The notes under the pieces: generated by a model
Seen by the model: the letters and a program-made list of their open reading frames with translations, nothing else
What the model was told of the DNA's origin: nothing
The model's database searches: none
Assembly (NCBI GenBank): GCA_951406725.2
Contig: OX597836.1
Coordinates: 10,416,001-10,480,000 of the forward strand
Direction of reading: 5' to 3'
Length of the DNA stretch: 64,000 nt
From: Octopus vulgaris
Lineage: Eukaryota
Position numbers and translations under genes: made by a program
Part shown: in pieces, positions 58,437-64,000 of the stretch
How positions within the stretch are numbered: the stretch's first letter is position 1
How the letters are laid out: each line of letters begins with the position of its first letter

Positions 58437-59100
58437 ATGCGGCGAACTGGCAGAAACGTTAGTACGCCGGGCGAAATGCTTAGCAGTATTTCGTCTGCTG
58501 TTACGTTCTGAGTTCAAATTCCGCTGAGGTCGACTTTGCCTTTCATCCTTTCGGGGTCGATAAATTAATTACCAGTTACGCACTGAGGTCAATATAATCG
58601 ACTTAATCCGTTTGTCTGTCCTTGTTTGTTCTCTCTGTGTTTAGCCCCTTGTGGGTAATAAAGAAATAGATATTTCATCTGTCTTTACATTCTGAGTTCA
58701 AAATCCGCCGAGGTCGACTTTGCCTTTCATCCTTTCAGGGTCGATTAAATAGGTACCAGTTAAGCACTGAGGTCGATATAATCGGCTTAATCCGTTTGTC
58801 TGTCCTTGTTTGTTCTCTCTGTGTTTAGCCCCTTGTGGGTAGTAAAGAAATAGGTATTTCATCTGTCTTTACATTCTGAGTTCAAAATCCGCCGAGGTCG
58901 ACTTCGGCTTTCATCCTTTTGGGGTCAATAAATTAAGCACCAGATGCGTACTGAGGTCGATCTAATCGACTTTCCTCATCCCCCCAAATTTCGGGCCTTG
59001 TGCCCAGAGAAGAAAAGAAAATAAGTACGAGTTAATCACTGGGGTCAGCTTAACCTCATCCCCGATCTTGCTGGCTTTGTGCCAAAATTTGAAACCAATA
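58437..59100 (+). mobile_element. SINE family B array (one head plus three body units)
   Basis: Body units restart at (G)TATTTC..CTG near 58487, 58670 and 58853. Confidence 0.88.
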
Positions 59101-59679
59101 TTCTGTCACTCGTGGAACTTTTTGTTCCACGGGTGACGTCCTTAAGCTTCTTACCACACAACCGGACCAACTTATATATATAAAAAAAAAGAAGAAAAAA
59201 TCACAAAAAAAGGGGGAAAAAAAGAACACAGCGTCCTTGACTTTCGGAAACATTGTTTTTTTTTCACACCCCTCAGGATCACTGAACCATAGAAAATAAT
59301 ACCCACGCCCATTATTAGCCCTCAGAATACTGGAGCCTTCTAAAGTTCCTTCCTACCCAGAATTCACCCAACTCAACTCCCGACGTACTAATGAACCCTT
59401 ATTCTTTACAATGCTTCTAAATGTTTACATTTCCCTATTTTTTTTGTGTGTTTCATTCTGTCTGCCATGTATGTACTTCTAGATATCATGCTTATCTTTC
59501 TTCTTTACGTGCCTTTCTACGTCTGCACTCTTTTAACCTTTCTATGTCTGTCTCGTTTAACCTTTCTCGACGTGTCTTAGTGCACCTGAGCACTACACAC
59601 AATAACATCATTATTATTCGCCACGCTTTATATGTTTATGCATTGTCCTCACTCCATCCGTCACTGGTGACAAATAAAG

Positions 59680-59719
<40 letters not shown>

Positions 59720-60908
59720 ACATCATCATCACCATTATTATTATTATTATTATTATATTATATTATTATTATTATTATTATTATTATTGTGGAAGCACAT
59801 GGCCTAGTGGTTAGAGCAGCAGACTCGCGGTCGAGGGATCGCGGGTTTGAAACACCTAAGCTCATCGCGGCTCCGGCAGAATGTAATGGCGAACTTCTGC
59901 TGACTCTTTCGCCACAACTTTCTCTCACTCTTTCCTCCTCCTGCATCTTGCAGCTCACCTGTGATGGACCAGAGCTCCGCGGCCCGACCGCGCACGCACC
60001 GGCGAATAGGGCCGGGAGTGCGAACGGACGATCGAAGCGTCATATCAACAAGCTCATCAATTGTTCAGTGACGGTTTCCTACCTGTATAAGTCCACCGCA
60101 GAGTTACTTACTTTCGCCAACTGAGTGGACTGGAGCAGCGCGAAACGAAGTGTTTTGCTCACACCACTCGGTCCAGGAATCGAAACCATAACCTTGTAAT
60201 CGTGAGTGCAAAACCCTAACCACTAGGCCTTCATTTAATTTAAAACTGCGTTTTAAATTTTCCAAGAATGAAAGAATAAAAATTAGAACCAGTGTTAGAA
60301 TATGCTACAAAGTGTAAGAATCTTTTGGACCAATTTCAAAAAAAGTTCTGAGATTTACAAAATGATGGACTCGAATTACGAATATTCAAAACTCCTTTTG
60401 AAGTAATGCCAAATGAAGTTCTGATATCTTGGAACGCAAGTCAATTCTTTTACAATCGGATTAGACTCTGATATCCAAATTTAGTCGATTATCAATTTTG
60501 GAATTTTATAAATCCTATGTAGATATCAAAAGACATGTATTTTTGGCGATAAAGTCTTTGAACTATCTGCGACGTCATATTGGTAAATGATTCTTAATAA
60601 TGTGAAAAGTGTTTCTAAAAGTTAAACTTATTCTAGAACTACTTGGTACCAGACTTACAGATCATTACTCTGCTAACCAGGTAAGAAGAATTGCCGTATC
60701 GGCAACCCCTTCGCTAGCATTTCTGAGCTTTCCAAGCCGAAACGGAATCAACTTTCTTATTGCAAGGTAAGAGGCTTCCTTATATTTTTAGCATTGTGCT
60801 CTGCGTCGTCTTTTGGTCTTTACGTTCTCATGTCATTACAGCTCTCTGATTAATTGGTAGGTTATTACGTTTTAATTAATGTAGCTCAGTGTGGTTTCAT
60901 GCATATCC

Positions 60909-61308
60909 TATTTCTTTACTGCCCACAAGGACAATCAATGACAGATAAACGGATTAAGTCGATTACATCGACCCCAGTGAGTAACTGGTACTTATTTAAT
61001 CGACCCCGAAAAGATGAAAGGCAAAGTCGACCTCGGCGGAATTTGAACTCAGAACATAGCGACAGACGAAATACCTATTTCTTTATTACCCACAAGGGGC
61101 TAAACACAGAGGGGACAAACAAGGACAGGCATAGGTATTAAGTCGATTACATCGACCCCAGTGCGTAACTGTACTTAATTTATCGACCCCGAAAGGATGA
61201 AAGGCAAAGTAGACCTCGGCGGAATTTGATCTCAGAACATAGCGGCAGACGAAATACCGCTAAGCATTTCGCCCGGCGTGCTAACGTTTCTGCCAGCTCG
61301 CCGCCTTC
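60909..61308 (-). mobile_element. SINE family B (GGCGGCGAGCTGGCAG head, Meta/MESC-like domain), internally duplicated, 11-bp TSD
   Basis: B-box GAGTTCAAATTCC and domain GCCTTTCATCCTTTCGGGGTCGATAAA. CATGCATATCC is repeated at 60898-60908 and 61309-61319. Confidence 0.9.
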
Positions 61309-61319
61309 CATGCATATCC

Positions 61320-61900
61320 ATAGACTTGTAGCTCCATGATGCATCTCGTGGAAGCTCTGCGATGCATCATCAGTAATTTTTTGTGGGTTTCAGGGGCTGT
61401 CGGGTCTTTGTGTATCAGACCCTTTCATCCAGCTGACCCAACCGGAGGTTGATCAAATCTTAGCTTACTCGCCAGTAGCAACAAACGACCTATCTGTCCT
61501 CTTTATCCAAAACCCCTAGTGACCATATCTGTAGCTTCTGATGGAATTTATGGCGTTCCTATTTGCTGCACCAGTAATTCCGTGCCAAGTCAGAAATTTG
61601 CAGAGTAAAGACTTCCACAAAACCTTAGCAATCAACTTCAATATCTCGTCAGGTACCTGCTAGGTCTGGTTTCTGCGATGCTCTACCATTTCTTGATATC
61701 TTGCAAGCTTCCTCCTTCGCCACACAGATGTTGCGCAAGAGAAAGGCCACGCTCTGCATAAAGGCCAGTACAATTTGACACTTGCGTATAATAAGCGTTT
61801 CCGACAGAATGTAAAGTGCTAAATGTTGTCTTCTTGTTTCGCTTGTAAACAACGCCTCTTCAGAGCCATCCCTTATTTCCAACGGCCCATCGACGAACAA
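61320..61900 (-). mobile_element. Degenerate HERO/NeSL-like RLE retrotransposon 3' end
   Basis: Across frameshifts it reads IEVDC.GF, SLLCKFLTWHGITGAANRNAI and FWIKR, followed by a 3' UTR with GATCAACCTCCGGTTGGGTCAGCTGG...AGACCCGA, as recalled from HERO elements. Confidence 0.6.
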
Positions 61901-62840
61901 GACTGAAAAAAAAAAACAATGTATTTACTAGCATAAAAGATGCATGGGCATTATTAGATGCACCCCTTCAGTAGACGGCTGCGAGCTGGCAGAAACGTTA
62001 GCACACCGGGCGAAATGCGTAGCCGTATTTCGTCTGCCGTTACGTTCTGAGTTCAAATTCCGCCGAGGTCAACTTTGCCTTTCATCCTTTCTGGGTCGAT
62101 TAAATAAGAACCAGTTACGCACTGGGGTCGATAAAATCGACTTAATCCGTTTGTCTGTCCTTGTTCGTCCCCTCTATGTTTAGCCCCTTGTGGGTAGTAA
62201 AGAAATAGGTATTTCATCTGCCGCTACGTTCTGAGTTCAAATTCCGCCGAGGTCGACTTTGCCTTTCATCCTTTCGGGGTCGATAAATTAAGTATCAGTT
62301 GCGTACTAGGGTCGATCTAATCGACTTTCCTCCTCCCCAAATATTTTGGACCTTGTGCCTATAGTAGAAAAGAATATCTGTGTGGTGAGGGGAGAAGAAA
62401 TCCGATATGCTTAGAAATAACAGCCAAATCAACCTTCAGTCACACTCTATACCATTTTAAATATACGCAGAATGGAGTATTGGACAACATTGTGACGTAC
62501 ACGCGCGCACAAACACACACGTACGTCAAACACACACACACACACACATACGTGTGTTTGTGTGTGTTTGTGTGTGTGTGTGTGTGTACGTGTACATGAA
62601 TAATTGGATGGTAACTGCTGGAAGGTGGGAATACCTTTTGCCCATAATTCTACTCGATTACGGTTGACCTGGGGTTAAACACCATCATCATCATCACCAC
62701 CACCACCACCACCACCACCACCACCACCGCTTCCACCACCGTCAGCACCGCCATCATGTCCACCGCCGCTGCCACCATTACCACCGGCAATAACAGCAAG
62801 ACAAGTAAATATTGTTAGCTTTTCTTTGAAACTACTACTG

Positions 62841-62874
<34 letters not shown>

Positions 62875-62958
62875 AAATACTATTACTACTACTACTACTA
62901 CTACCACCACCACCACCACCACCACCACTACCACTACTATTGCTGCTGTTGCTTCTAT

Positions 62959-63049
<91 letters not shown>

Positions 63050-63052
63050 GCT

Positions 63053-63115
<63 letters not shown>

Positions 63116-63404
63116 CTAGTAGTAGTAGTAGTAGTAGTAGTCGTCGTCGTCATCGTCGTAGTAGTAGTAGTGCCCGTCATGATGGCAACAAGTTCATTAA
63201 GAGTGAGGGTGGGAGTGTTACGCGGGGGTCTGGAGGTGGCATGGGATGTGGGGTGAGGAAGAGAAGGACCGTAGAGAATCAGAGGGAGGATGGAGGGGAT
63301 GGATTGTGTGTATGTGTGCGTGTGTATGTGAGTGTGTGCGTGTATGTGTGTGGTGCATGTACTTTTGTGTGTAAAGATACTGGAAGAAGGCGAGACAAAA
63401 GAGA

Positions 63405-63472
<68 letters not shown>

Positions 63473-64000
63473 GACAGAGACAGGTAACTAGCTAAATAAA
63501 TATATATAGAGAGAGAGGGGGAAGAGAGAGTGAGAGTGACAGAGACAGACTTATTTCTTTATTGCCCACAAGGAGCTAAACATAAAGGGTACAATTAAGG
63601 ACAGACAAACGGATTAATTCGATTATATCGAACCCAGTGCGTAACTGGTCCTTAATTTATCGACCCCGAAAGGATGAAAGTCAAAGTCGACCTCGGCGGA
63701 ATTTGAACTCAGAACGTAGTGGCAGACGAATACCTATTTCTTTACTACCCACAAGGGGCTAAACACAGAGAGGACAAACAAGGACAGACAAAGGGATTAA
63801 GTCAATTACATCGACCCTAGTACGTAACTGGTACTTAATTTATCGACCCCGAAAGGATGAAAGGCAAAGTCGACCTCGGCGGAATTTGAACTCACAACGT
63901 AGCGGCAGACGAAATACCGCTAAGCATTTCGACCGGCAGTGGAGGCGTGTGGCTTAGTGGTTAGGGTGTCATCATCATGATCGTAAGATTGTGGTTTCGA

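Noticed and set aside
58437-59100. CRISPR-like repeat array
   Set aside because: The units are ~180-bp SINE bodies with no unique spacers, in a eukaryotic context.

Overview
AT-rich, non-coding eukaryotic DNA, most likely octopus/cephalopod (inferred from the tRNA-derived SINE families and the extreme microsatellite load). No host protein-coding exon could be supported, and nearly all ORF-track entries are translated microsatellites. The window holds four tRNA-headed SINE families in many copies, degenerate LINE fragments (RTE-X, RTE-like, HERO-like and R4/Dong-like RLE ends), mariner/Tc1 remnants, a TA-flanked MITE and an intact initiator tRNA-Met. Three signals stand out. (1) A near-identical 1.5-mer of a 593-bp non-coding unit with two complete type I hammerhead ribozymes sits in (TA)n at 43001-43890, a retrozyme/circular-RNA-like architecture. 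(2) A full-length U6 snRNA copy is fused at its TTTT end to a SINE/LINE-type 3' tail at 54574-54744. (3) A well-formed hammerhead lies directly 3' of a restriction-like-endonuclease LINE ORF end at 17650-17759, and several other families of small hammerhead-like cassettes land in microsatellites. All folds and alignments were made by eye, and repeat boundaries are approximate.
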